Source: Ilumatobacteraceae bacterium
GTDB lineage: Bacteria; Actinomycetota; Acidimicrobiia; Acidimicrobiales; Ilumatobacteraceae
DNA: 55,124 nt
Reading direction: 5' to 3'
Assembly: GCA_021741795.1 (NCBI GenBank)
Contig: JAIOXC010000001.1
Coordinates: 1 to 55,124 of the forward strand
Numbering within the stretch: position 1 is the first letter of the stretch; every line of letters starts with the position of its first letter. Below, one piece after another: positions 8,841 through 18,477 of the stretch. A program made the translations under genes and the position numbers. The notes beneath the pieces were generated by a model. The model ran no database searches, had not been told where the DNA came from, and was given only the letters and a program-made list of their open reading frames with translations.

Positions 8841-10256
8841 ATGCCAATCGACAACACGACCGCTGCTCAAAACGTCAGCGATCGGCATGTTGTTATCGTT
8901 GGCGCAGGCATCACTGGTCTTGCTGCAGCGCATCAATTACTGCAGCGACCTCATCCACCGCGAGTCACCATCATTGATGCCGCCGACCGCGTTGGCGGCA
9001 TTATTCAGGCATCACCATTTGCCGGGCTCGAATCGGTCGACGAATCGGCCGATGCATTTTTGACGCGCACTCCATCAGCAATGAAACTCTGTGCTGCAGT
9101 CGGCCTTGATCATTACCTCACTTCACCCGCCGCCAATCATGCCTACATCTGGAACAACAACATGCACTCAATTCCGGCAGGCACCGTGCTCGGTGTGCCT
9201 AGTTCGCACAAAGCCATCTGGAACACGCAGTTACTTACAAAGTCTGGCAAATTGCGCGCATCCATCGAACCGTTCCTTCCCCGCGGGATAGGTCGATCAA
9301 CCGATTCGTTGGGTGAAGCAATTCGTAATCGTTGCGGCAACGAAATACTTGAGCGCCTTGTTGACCCGCTTGTTGGCAGCATCTATGCAACTGACACGGA
9401 CAATTTCAGTGTGCAAGGCATGCCCCAAGTAGCCGAGCTTTTGGCGCAACCAACAAGCCTCATGCGCGCGGCGCGCGGCGCAATGCAAAAGCGCACGAGT
9501 GGCGGCCCCGTATTCGCAACACCAGTTACTGGCATGAGCACACTCACTCGCGCTGTATGCGACCGAATTGTTGAAGATGGCGCACGAGTGATTCTTTCTT
9601 CTCCGGTACGCAGTATCGAACCCCAAGGTCGCTCGTATGTAGTGCATCTTGAAACCGAATCATTGCAAGCAGACACAGTTATTTTGGCGAGTCCTGCTCG
9701 CCACACTGCATCACTTGTTCACCAACTCAGCAGCGAGACCTCCGCGCAACTGCAGCAGTTTGAGCATGCATCCGTGATCATGATTGCGCTCACAATTTCG
9801 CGCTCGCAGTGGCCACAACACCTCACTGGTTCTGGCTACCTTGTGCCCAAACCAGTGCAAACTGGTGTCACCGCTGTTTCTTTTGGCTCAAACAAATGGG
9901 CCCATTGGAAAACAGCCAGCGACGAGATGATTCTGCGTGTTTCGCTTGGTCGTGATGGTGCACCGATGCATCACCTTGACGACAAGGCCCTGCTTGAAGT
10001 TGCTCTACGCGATTTGCGCTTGCACCTTGGTTTTGATGCAGCCCCTACCAACATGCGATTCACGAGATGGATTGAATCATTTCCTCAATACCGACCAGGA
10101 CATGCAGGCAGAGTTGAGGCAATCGACAAACAGTTACACGTTTCAGCACCCGGCGTTGTGTTGGCTGGCGCAAGTTATCGAGGCATCGGTATTCCCGCGT
10201 GCATTAATGATGGCCAACGTGCTGCATCTCGCGCAATCGCATCTTTCATCTCATGA
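8841..10256 (+). CDS. hemY: protoporphyrinogen/coproporphyrinogen III oxidase (HemY type, FAD)
   Basis: VVIVGAGITGLAAA dinucleotide fold; C-terminal GASYRGIGIPACI; 471 aa. Confidence 0.85.
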   Translation: MPIDNTTAAQNVSDRHVVIVGAGITGLAAAHQLLQRPHPPRVTIIDAADRVGGIIQASPFAGLESVDESADAFLTRTPSAMKLCAAVGLDHYLTSPAANHAYIWNNNMHSIPAGTVLGVPSSHKAIWNTQLLTKSGKLRASIEPFLPRGIGRSTDSLGEAIRNRCGNEILERLVDPLVGSIYATDTDNFSVQGMPQVAELLAQPTSLMRAARGAMQKRTSGGPVFATPVTGMSTLTRAVCDRIVEDGARVILSSPVRSIEPQGRSYVVHLETESLQADTVILASPARHTASLVHQLSSETSAQLQQFEHASVIMIALTISRSQWPQHLTGSGYLVPKPVQTGVTAVSFGSNKWAHWKTASDEMILRVSLGRDGAPMHHLDDKALLEVALRDLRLHLGFDAAPTNMRFTRWIESFPQYRPGHAGRVEAIDKQLHVSAPGVVLAGASYRGIGIPACINDGQRAASRAIASFIS

Positions 10257-11731
10257 AAAAACAAAGCCTTGTTGCAATTATTGCGGGGTTGCTTGTTGCA
10301 TTCAGCCTCCCACCATGGGGTTGGTGGCCACTCGCTTATGTAGGCGTCGCACTTTTCGCGACCTGTAGACCAAACAGCAATCGGGCTCGATTCATGTTTG
10401 GCACATTGTTTGCGCTTGCTTGGCTCGCACCGGGCATGGCTTGGATGTGGTTTCTTACGGCGCCGGGATATGTGATTGCAGCATTGCTGTTTTCAGCACT
10501 TCACGGCATCGCAGCGATGATCACCGGTGCTGTTACAGATCAACACAAACATCGAACAGTAGTTGGTCCGCTTGCACACACACTTGCCGAAGCGTTGAGA
10601 TTTTCATTTCCATTTGGTGGCGTACCACTTGCAACACTTGCAATCTCTCAAGCCGCATCCCCAATTGTGCCCATCGTGCGAGTGGGTGGGCCACTACTCC
10701 TCACTTACGTCGTATTGCAGATTGGATTTTTGCTCGCAAACCTTCGCGATACCGAAATGCCGAAGCGCACCATGCACGCAGCAATCATCGCTGTTGTTGT
10801 CGTCGCTGTTTTGCCAATTGCTGGTTCGATTGCTCCGCACGGACACGACATTGGTCGCACGCTCAAGATTGCTGCAGTGCAGGGTGGCGGCCCGCAAGGC
10901 ACATTGGCAATCAACACCAACAGTCGCGATGTGGTTGTTCGACACCTCGACGCAACCAAAACAATTACTGGTGGAACTGCCTCGACCGACGACCAATTGG
11001 ACTTGGTCGTCTGGCCAGAAAATGTCATTGATGTCAGCAGTTTCTCATCCAGCATCGAGCGCACCGAGATCGCAGCCGAAGCAGCCCGGCTCAACGCGCC
11101 ATTTCTTGTTGGCATCACCGAAGATTTCGACAACAGATTTTTTACTAACGCTCAAGTCGTAGTCAACACTGATGGTTCACTTGGAGATCGCTACGACAAA
11201 GTGCGACGCGTGCCGTTTGGTGAGTTTGTCCCGATGCGTGGGTTACTTGAAGCGGTTGGCGCGCCAGTAGACAGAATCCCTCGCGATGCCATGGCGGGCA
11301 TTGACACTGCAATTCTGCGTGCTGCAGACACCACCATTGCAGTTGTTATTTCGTGGGAAGTCTTTTTTGCAGGACGAGCAAACGAAGGTGTTGAGCGTGG
11401 TGCAACGTTGCTGGTGAACCCAACAAATGGCTCGAGTTACACAGGCACAATATTGCAAACTCAACAAATTGCTTCGTCTCGCCTGCGCGCATTAGAAACC
11501 GGTCGTTGGCTGGTGCAAGTTTCACCAACGGGCTTCTCTGCATTTGTTTCGCCAAGCGGTCAGGTGTTTGACCGCACGGGTGTGAGCGAGCAGCGCGTCA
11601 TCACCCGAGAAGTGCAGTTGCGTTCGGGTCGCACCATCTATTCGTACCTTGGCAATATGCCTTTCATTTTGATCATGATTGCTTCCCTACTTGCCCTACT
11701 GATCGCTGGTCGGCGCACAATTCGAGCATGA
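10253..11731 (+). CDS. lnt: apolipoprotein N-acyltransferase
   Basis: N-terminal polytopic region followed by a CN-hydrolase domain (VVWPE, ISWE). ATGA overlaps on both sides. Confidence 0.8.
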   Translation: MKKQSLVAIIAGLLVAFSLPPWGWWPLAYVGVALFATCRPNSNRARFMFGTLFALAWLAPGMAWMWFLTAPGYVIAALLFSALHGIAAMITGAVTDQHKHRTVVGPLAHTLAEALRFSFPFGGVPLATLAISQAASPIVPIVRVGGPLLLTYVVLQIGFLLANLRDTEMPKRTMHAAIIAVVVVAVLPIAGSIAPHGHDIGRTLKIAAVQGGGPQGTLAINTNSRDVVVRHLDATKTITGGTASTDDQLDLVVWPENVIDVSSFSSSIERTEIAAEAARLNAPFLVGITEDFDNRFFTNAQVVVNTDGSLGDRYDKVRRVPFGEFVPMRGLLEAVGAPVDRIPRDAMAGIDTAILRAADTTIAVVISWEVFFAGRANEGVERGATLLVNPTNGSSYTGTILQTQQIASSRLRALETGRWLVQVSPTGFSAFVSPSGQVFDRTGVSEQRVITREVQLRSGRTIYSYLGNMPFILIMIASLLALLIAGRRTIRA

Positions 11732-12543
11732 TCAACAACATGATCACACTTTCGTCTAGCAATGTTGAAGTCGTCATTGACGCAGAGCATGGTTCACGTT
11801 TGTCGAGCTTGCGCTTTGGTGAGACAGAGCTATTAGTGCAGCGCATACATGATGATTCGTTTTCGTGGGGCTGTTACCCGATGGCTCCATGGGCGGGCCG
11901 CACACGCAACGGAATTTTTGTGCACCAAGGCACGAGTGTGCAGTTGCCCATCAACTCTGCTCCACACGCGATTCATGGTCTTGTGCATGACGCAGTATGG
12001 CGAATGGTAAATACTTCACCAACAAGCGCAACTCTACGAGTCGAACTCGATCAGCGGTGGCCTTTTGCTGGTTGGGTCGAACATCGCATCAGTGTCGACT
12101 CAACATCCGTGAACCTACAACTCACCGTGCACTCGACCGACCGCAGTGATGAAACAAATTCGATGCCAGCACAAGTCGGTTGGCACCCGTGGTTTGTGCG
12201 ACCGGTGCAACTTGAGGCCGAATTCAAAACAATCTACGTGCGCGACAGCGATGGCATTGCTGGCGCGAAACGCGCACAGCAACAACACGACGTGATGCAG
12301 TCACCGCTCGACGACTGTTTTACCGATGCCGTCACTACGCCGTTATTGCATTTCGAAAACGGCTTGACGGTTCGCCTTGAGAGCGACTGCAGCCACTGGG
12401 TCGTGTACAACGAGCCGTCGCATGCAATCTGTGTCGAACCACAATCCGGACCACCAAACGGACTGAACTCCGAACCCTTGGTGGTATCCCCCGACCATTC
12501 GCTGACGCGTTTTTTTCGTCTGACTGCACTTGGTTACCGCTAG
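11728..12543 (+). CDS. aldose 1-epimerase family protein
   Basis: The HGLVHD, GWHPWF and CVEPQ motifs are typical of the mutarotase fold. Confidence 0.7.
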   Translation: MINNMITLSSSNVEVVIDAEHGSRLSSLRFGETELLVQRIHDDSFSWGCYPMAPWAGRTRNGIFVHQGTSVQLPINSAPHAIHGLVHDAVWRMVNTSPTSATLRVELDQRWPFAGWVEHRISVDSTSVNLQLTVHSTDRSDETNSMPAQVGWHPWFVRPVQLEAEFKTIYVRDSDGIAGAKRAQQQHDVMQSPLDDCFTDAVTTPLLHFENGLTVRLESDCSHWVVYNEPSHAICVEPQSGPPNGLNSEPLVVSPDHSLTRFFRLTALGYR

Positions 12544-12559
12544 GTAGAGTGATACGGCT

Positions 12560-13852
12560 ATGTCTACGCCGTTCGATCCCAACGGCCCCTTGCGCATTGC
12601 CTATTTGACGTATCGCGGTAAGCCCCACGTGGGTGGCCAGGGTGTGTACACGCGGCATCTCACCAAAGCACTTGTTGATCTCGGTCATCATGTTGAAGTT
12701 TTTGGCGGACAGCCGTACCCGATTCTCGATCCGCGAGTGCAACTGCACCAATTGCCTAGCCTCGACATTTTTAACGATGCTCACCCTGGTCGCTTCCCCG
12801 CATATTGGGAGATCAATGACTGGCCAAACTTTGTTGAGTCAGCGCAGTTCCTCAAAGGCACATTTGGCGAACCGCGCTCATTCAGTATTCGAGCACACCG
12901 CGCTCTCAAAACACGTGTGAACGACTTTGACATTGTGCACGACAATCAATGCCTCGGATACGGCATCCTCAAGATTGAAAAAATTATTCCAACAATCGTG
13001 ACCCTGCACCACCCCATCACCAAAGATCGCAAGCTCGAGATGGAACATACGCCAACTTGGTGGAAGCGCAAGGCCATTGGTCGCTGGTATTCGTTTGTGG
13101 AGATGCAAGGCAAAGTCGCAAGCAAGATGCCGCGCGTTGTTGTGGTCAGCAAGAACTCAATTGATGACATTCATACCGACATGAAAGTTTCGCTCGACCG
13201 CATGCGACTCGTTCCAGTTGGCGTTGACCATGAATTGTTCTCACCCAAACCATCGGTGCAGCGCAAGCCAGGACACATGATCACCACTGCTTCTGCCGAT
13301 GTTGCCCTCAAAGGTCTTTCATACTTGCTTGAGGCTCTGGCAAAATTGCGCACCGAGCGCGAAGTACACCTGACCATCATTGGCAAGCCACGCGAAGGCG
13401 CAAACGCCGACCTGATTCGTTCACTTGGTCTCGAAGATTGCATCACGCACGTTTCCGGGGTCACCGACGAACGCATTGTCGAGTTGTACGCAGAAGCAGA
13501 GCTGGCAGTGGTGCCAAGTTTGTACGAGGGCTTTAGTCTTCCTGCGATCGAAGCAATGGCGACAGGAACATGTTTGGTTGCAACTACGGGTGGTGCACTC
13601 CCCGAAGTGACCGGTGTCGACAACGACACGGTGTTGTCATGCCCAGCAGGCGACGCAGATGCGTTGGCTGCAGCCATTAGACGCGGGCTCGACAGTAAAG
13701 AGTTACGAGATCGCGTCGGTGCTGCAGGCAGAACCCGCGTAGTCGAACGTTGGAGTTGGCGCCATTGTGCGGCGCTCACTGTCGATCAGTACAAAGAAGT
13801 TCTTTCGATGCCACACAACGTCAAAAAACTTCAACGACGAGACAGCAAATAA
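12560..13852 (+). CDS. GT4-family (GT-B) glycosyltransferase
   Basis: N-terminal GGQGVYTRHL and C-terminal EGFSLPAIEAMATG (the E-x7-E region). Confidence 0.8.
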   Translation: MSTPFDPNGPLRIAYLTYRGKPHVGGQGVYTRHLTKALVDLGHHVEVFGGQPYPILDPRVQLHQLPSLDIFNDAHPGRFPAYWEINDWPNFVESAQFLKGTFGEPRSFSIRAHRALKTRVNDFDIVHDNQCLGYGILKIEKIIPTIVTLHHPITKDRKLEMEHTPTWWKRKAIGRWYSFVEMQGKVASKMPRVVVVSKNSIDDIHTDMKVSLDRMRLVPVGVDHELFSPKPSVQRKPGHMITTASADVALKGLSYLLEALAKLRTEREVHLTIIGKPREGANADLIRSLGLEDCITHVSGVTDERIVELYAEAELAVVPSLYEGFSLPAIEAMATGTCLVATTGGALPEVTGVDNDTVLSCPAGDADALAAAIRRGLDSKELRDRVGAAGRTRVVERWSWRHCAALTVDQYKEVLSMPHNVKKLQRRDSK

Positions 13853-13855
13853 CCA

Positions 13856-14587
13856 ATGCTGACCGTGCGCTTTAGCGAACTCTCCATAGGACCTGGCACA
13901 TTGTTTCTCGATGCCGGAGCAGGATTTGGTCGGCATGCATTTGAGGCTGCGCGTCTTGGCGCACAAGTTGTTGCACTCGACTACGCCCACGACGAAGTGG
14001 TTGCAATGCGTGCAACTTTTAGCGCCATGTACGAAGCCGGCGAGATCAAAGCCGAAAACCTCGTGGGCGTGTTGCGCGGAGATGCCACGTGCCTACCTTT
14101 TGCCGACAACTCGTTTGATTGCATTGTTACTTCTGAAGTGCTCGAGCACATTCAAAACGATGTAGCCGCGCTGAGCGAACTCGCTCGCGTGCTCAAGCCG
14201 GGTGGCACGCTTGGCGCCACCGTACCGTCATGGTTTCCCGAAAAGATCAACTGGATGTTGTCGGATGAATACCACGCACCATTTGTGGTCGGTGGCCACG
14301 TGCGCATTTACAGCGGCACCGAACTCAAAGCAAAGTTGCGTGCAGCAGGATTGCGCGTTGTTGGTCAGCATCGCGCACACGGATTGCACTCACCATATTG
14401 GTGGCTGCGCTGCGCTGTTGGTCCTGCACGCGAAGACAACCGCATGGTCAATGCCTACAAACAGTTTTTGGAATGGGACATCATCTCTAAACCAAAAGTG
14501 ACACAGGTTGCTGAACAAGTACTTGCGCCTGTTCTTGGCAAAAGTTATGTGGTGTACTCAATGAAGCCGGTGAATAATGCCAAATAA
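13856..14587 (+). CDS. class I SAM-dependent methyltransferase
   Basis: LDAGAGFGRH motif I and VLKPGG post-II motif. It overlaps the next gene by 11 nt. Confidence 0.8.
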   Translation: MLTVRFSELSIGPGTLFLDAGAGFGRHAFEAARLGAQVVALDYAHDEVVAMRATFSAMYEAGEIKAENLVGVLRGDATCLPFADNSFDCIVTSEVLEHIQNDVAALSELARVLKPGGTLGATVPSWFPEKINWMLSDEYHAPFVVGGHVRIYSGTELKAKLRAAGLRVVGQHRAHGLHSPYWWLRCAVGPAREDNRMVNAYKQFLEWDIISKPKVTQVAEQVLAPVLGKSYVVYSMKPVNNAK

Positions 14588-15629
14588 CGAGCTACTCGGC
14601 AAAAATCTCAGCAATGATCTTGACGATGTGATCACTCATGAAGAGTTGCGTGCAACCGCCCAGTCCATTGCATCATTGCAACTTTCAAATGGCATGATCC
14701 CATGGTTTGTTGGCGGACACTGCGACCCATGGAATCATGTTGAGACCGCAATGGCTCTCGACGTAATGGGCATGCATGATCAGGCGCAACGAGCATACGA
14801 ATGGCTGACCTCGGTGCAACGCGAAGATGGCAGTTGGTTTAATTACTACTTGCCAGACGGATCGGTGGAAGAAACAAAACTTGACACCAACGTGTGCGCA
14901 TATATCGGCACCGGAGTGTGGCACCACTGGATGAGCACCAACGACAGACAATTTGTCGCGCGCATGTGGCCGGCGGTCAAGCGTGCAATGGAATGGGTGT
15001 TGGCGATGCGTCGCCCAGATGGAACGATCTTGTGGGCTCGCGAAGTGAACGCAAACCCTTGGGACTACGCATTGCTGACTGGCTGTTCGTCAATCCGCCA
15101 CGCGCTGCATTGCGCAGCAAACATTGGGGCAATAGTTGGTGATTCGCAACCCGAGTGGCGCGCTGCCGCCGACGCGATCGACGAGGTCATCAATACCAAT
15201 CTCGATGCCTTCGAACCAAAACTGCGCTGGGCAATGGACTGGTACTACCCAGTACTTACTGGGGCTTTGACCGGTACCGATGCGAAGGCGCGCATCGCCA
15301 TGCAGTGGGATGAATTCGTGATCCCGTCTCGCGGCGTGCGATGCGTCAATGACGAAGATTGGGTAACTGCAGCCGAAACAGCAGAATGCTCGCTCGCCCA
15401 CTCCGCAATCGGCGATATCGACACCGCAAAGCAATTGTTGTCATGGACTAACGCGCACCGCACTGAGAGCGGCGCATATCTCACCGGCATTGTTTACCCA
15501 GATCGCATTGTGTTTCCTGCCGACGAGTGCAGTGCATACACCGGTGCCGCAGTGATCTTGGCCGCCAATGCAATTAGTGGCGACACCGCGGCAAGCCAAA
15601 TATTTGGCGCATCAACTGTGCTTGACTAA
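14577..15629 (+). CDS. prenyltransferase/squalene-oxidase-repeat-like (alpha/alpha)6-toroid protein
   Basis: Repeated aromatic/Gly-Ser-Trp elements (QREDGSWFNYY, DPWNHVETAMAL) are typical of alpha/alpha toroid folds. The function is not resolvable by eye. Confidence 0.5.
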   Translation: MPNNELLGKNLSNDLDDVITHEELRATAQSIASLQLSNGMIPWFVGGHCDPWNHVETAMALDVMGMHDQAQRAYEWLTSVQREDGSWFNYYLPDGSVEETKLDTNVCAYIGTGVWHHWMSTNDRQFVARMWPAVKRAMEWVLAMRRPDGTILWAREVNANPWDYALLTGCSSIRHALHCAANIGAIVGDSQPEWRAAADAIDEVINTNLDAFEPKLRWAMDWYYPVLTGALTGTDAKARIAMQWDEFVIPSRGVRCVNDEDWVTAAETAECSLAHSAIGDIDTAKQLLSWTNAHRTESGAYLTGIVYPDRIVFPADECSAYTGAAVILAANAISGDTAASQIFGASTVLD

Positions 15630-15655
15630 AAACTAATTACGGTTTCGAGACGTTT

Positions 15656-16297
15656 TTATTTTACGCGTGTGAGCACACGCAGCGAACCAGTTGCGCTCAC
15701 CTCTGCAAACTTGCCACCGTTTATTGCTGCGAGATAAATCTCTTCATAGGGAGCCTGACCCCCAAGTGCGGGATCAGTAAACACATCGTGGATTGCCAGA
15801 ATGCCACCAAGTGCAATATGTCCGTTCCACGCTGCATAATCGTTTGCTGCAACATCACGGGCGTGGCCGCCATCAATAAAACACATCGCGATTTGTTGCG
15901 TCCAGGTGCTTGCAATTGTTGGCGAGTCACCAACGACAGTTCGCACCGTCTCGGTAAGCCGCGCACGACTCATTGTCTTTTCAAAATGCGGCAACGTATT
16001 GAGTCGACCTGTTGATGCGTCGACCAATGTTGGGTCGTGCCACTCCCAACCAATCTGGTTTTCTTCTGACCCACCATGGTGATCCACTGCAAACAGCAAT
16101 GTGCCACAGGTTTCGGCCGCTGCACCAAACCACACGGTGCTGCGCCCACAGTACGAGCCGATTTCTACCATTGGCAAACCAGGGCAAGCTTTTCCAGCAC
16201 CTAACGCCGCAACAAAGAGAGCATCACCTTCAACCTCTGGCATAAACCCAGTTGTCTCAATCGCAACTGTGCGTCGTTCGCCACTCAGTTTGGTCAC
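15656..16297 (-). CDS. class I SAM-dependent methyltransferase (Methyltransf_24/O-MT-like)
   Basis: VEIGSYCGRST motif I and IDGGH...D; GTG start. Confidence 0.6.
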   Translation of the reverse strand: MTKLSGERRTVAIETTGFMPEVEGDALFVAALGAGKACPGLPMVEIGSYCGRSTVWFGAAAETCGTLLFAVDHHGGSEENQIGWEWHDPTLVDASTGRLNTLPHFEKTMSRARLTETVRTVVGDSPTIASTWTQQIAMCFIDGGHARDVAANDYAAWNGHIALGGILAIHDVFTDPALGGQAPYEEIYLAAINGGKFAEVSATGSLRVLTRVK

Positions 16298-16303
16298 GTG
16301 AAA

Positions 16304-16345
16304 AATTACTCGCTACTCGTTATTCGTTACGCGTTACGCGTTGCG
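16304..16345. repeat. six tandem 7-bp units (plus-strand consensus CGTTACG)
   Basis: The plus strand reads aattact cgctact cgttatt cgttacg cgttacg cgttgcg. On the minus strand five consecutive units carry TAA or TAG. The repeat spans the last codons of the GH1 gene and the 36-nt spacer. Confidence 0.7.
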
Positions 16346-17569
16346 CGGAAGCAGTGCGTTGCCGCGAGCAATACGCCCAAGCCAAGATGCACTTGGTCGT
16401 GGCGTACGCACTTGTGTCTTCCAATCGACAGCAACGATTCCGAATGTTGGACCGTATCCATACATCCACTCAAAATTGTCCATCAGGCTCCAATACGTGT
16501 AACCACGAATGTCAATTCCGTCCTGGATGCAGTTGAGCACTCCTTCAAGTGCGCCGTGCACATATTCGATTCGTTCGGCATCGTCGCTTGTAGCAATACC
16601 GTTCTCGGTAACGATGATTGGCACATGGCCCGTCTTTTCCCACGCGCGACGAATGCATGCTTCTAACGCCTGAGGTCTGAACTCATAGCCCATGATTGTC
16701 GTGCGCATATCTGCATCGGGCTGAATGCGACCGTCTTGATTGAAACGCTCGCGCGTGTATGTCTGTACACCGAAATAGTCGTCGCCTTTAGCCACTTCCA
16801 AAAAGCAGTCTTCGAGGCCATCCCACGCCATGTCGCGCTTGCCCTCTGCTGCCTCACGATGTGACTCGTCATCGACATTGATGGTGTACTCCTGCATTGC
16901 CAGCGTGATACCAAGCGGAGCACTCGAAATGGACTTCACAGCATCACGCGCCTTGATGTGGGCCTGACAAAACACTTCGTTTGCTTTTTTGCGTGCTTCG
17001 CGCGACTTTGTGCCAGGTGGAAACTCACCGAGCAAATACCCAATGGTTGAGACCATGTTGGGTTCGTTAATGGTGCACCACTTACCAACTCCATCGCCAA
17101 GCGACTTGGCAACTTTTTCTGAAAATCGTGCAAACAAATCCGCTGTTGAATCATTGACCCATCCGCCCTGTGCTGCAACCCATCTCGGAGTAGTGAAGTG
17201 ATGCAGTGTGACGACAGGTGTGATGTTGTGTTCGTGACATGCTTCCAAAACTTTTCGGTAGTGATTGATCTCGGCTTGAGAAAACTCTCCGTCTTCTGGC
17301 TCGATGCGACTCCACTCAACGCTGAAGCGATAGTTGTCAAAACCCAACTTGGCGAGCATCGCAATGTCTTGTGGATACAAGTTGTAGTGGTCACATGTGT
17401 CGCCACTTGGCTCTTTCACCCGTGTGCCAACACGATGTTCCCAATCCCACCAATCGTTATTCCAGTTGTTGCCTTCCACTTGATGGGCAGCCGTCGCAGT
17501 TCCCCATGTAAATCCGGCAGGAAAAGAAAGCAGGTTTGATGATGTTGAAGCAGTATTCGCACTTGTCAT
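16334..17569 (-). CDS. GH1 beta-glucosidase
   Basis: TINEPN (acid/base Glu) and IVTENG (nucleophile Glu) motifs; 411 aa. Confidence 0.9.
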   Translation of the reverse strand: MTSANTASTSSNLLSFPAGFTWGTATAAHQVEGNNWNNDWWDWEHRVGTRVKEPSGDTCDHYNLYPQDIAMLAKLGFDNYRFSVEWSRIEPEDGEFSQAEINHYRKVLEACHEHNITPVVTLHHFTTPRWVAAQGGWVNDSTADLFARFSEKVAKSLGDGVGKWCTINEPNMVSTIGYLLGEFPPGTKSREARKKANEVFCQAHIKARDAVKSISSAPLGITLAMQEYTINVDDESHREAAEGKRDMAWDGLEDCFLEVAKGDDYFGVQTYTRERFNQDGRIQPDADMRTTIMGYEFRPQALEACIRRAWEKTGHVPIIVTENGIATSDDAERIEYVHGALEGVLNCIQDGIDIRGYTYWSLMDNFEWMYGYGPTFGIVAVDWKTQVRTPRPSASWLGRIARGNALLPRNA

Positions 17570-17625
17570 AGAGATTCACGCTAGTCGGACACACACACCC
17601 GACCCATTGCTGGCATTATGGAAGG

Positions 17626-18477
17626 GTGAGTAAACCCCTTCAAGACCTCATCACATTGCTCGACCTCGAAACCATAGAGGTCAATATCTTTCGTGGTCAA
17701 TCACCAGACGAAAACCGACAACGAGTTTTTGGCGGTCAGGTGGCTGGGCAGGCTCTTGTGGCTGCGGCGCGCACGATCGATGAGCCGGGTCGCATGGTGC
17801 ACTCGTTGCACGCATATTTTTTGCGCTCAGGCGACCCCGGTGTGCCCATCTTGTATGAAGTCGATCGCATTCGTGATGGCAAGAGTTTTTCAACTCGCCG
17901 CGTGGTTGCAATTCAGCATGGAAAAGCGATTTTCAACGTGCAGGCCAGTTTTCAAAAAGCAGAGCCCGGGCTCGAGCATCAGATTGCAATGCCCTCCGAT
18001 GTCCCGGATGCCGACTCACTTCCCGACTTCAAGTCGCTCATGGAACCGTACAAAGAAAAACTTGGCGACTGGTACGACCGACCACGTCCAATTGACATGC
18101 GTTATGTAGACGGCAACCCGTTTACGCGCAGAGGCAATCCGCAGCCAGGCCAACGCGTTTGGTTTCGCACCGACGGAAAACTTCCGGACGACAACGTGTT
18201 GCATGCGTGCATCGTTACCTACGCAAGCGACATGACATTGCTCGACTCTGCACTTTTGCCACATGGTCGATCGCTCGCCGATGGTTCGCTACAACTCGCC
18301 AGCCTCGATCATGCAATGTGGTTTCATCGTGAGTTTCGCGCCGATGACTGGCTGCTCTATCAGCAGTCGTCCATCTCCACGTCCAATTCACGTGGCATGG
18401 CCGAAGGGCATATTTTTACTCGGGATGGAAAACTTGTTGTCACTGTCGTGCAAGAAGGTCTTGCACGTCTCGTCTAG
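17626..18477 (+). CDS. tesB: acyl-CoA thioesterase II
   Basis: Double hot-dog TesB pattern (LHAYFLR.GD...PI.Y.VD.IRDG.SF..R). Confidence 0.85.
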   Translation: MSKPLQDLITLLDLETIEVNIFRGQSPDENRQRVFGGQVAGQALVAAARTIDEPGRMVHSLHAYFLRSGDPGVPILYEVDRIRDGKSFSTRRVVAIQHGKAIFNVQASFQKAEPGLEHQIAMPSDVPDADSLPDFKSLMEPYKEKLGDWYDRPRPIDMRYVDGNPFTRRGNPQPGQRVWFRTDGKLPDDNVLHACIVTYASDMTLLDSALLPHGRSLADGSLQLASLDHAMWFHREFRADDWLLYQQSSISTSNSRGMAEGHIFTRDGKLVVTVVQEGLARLV

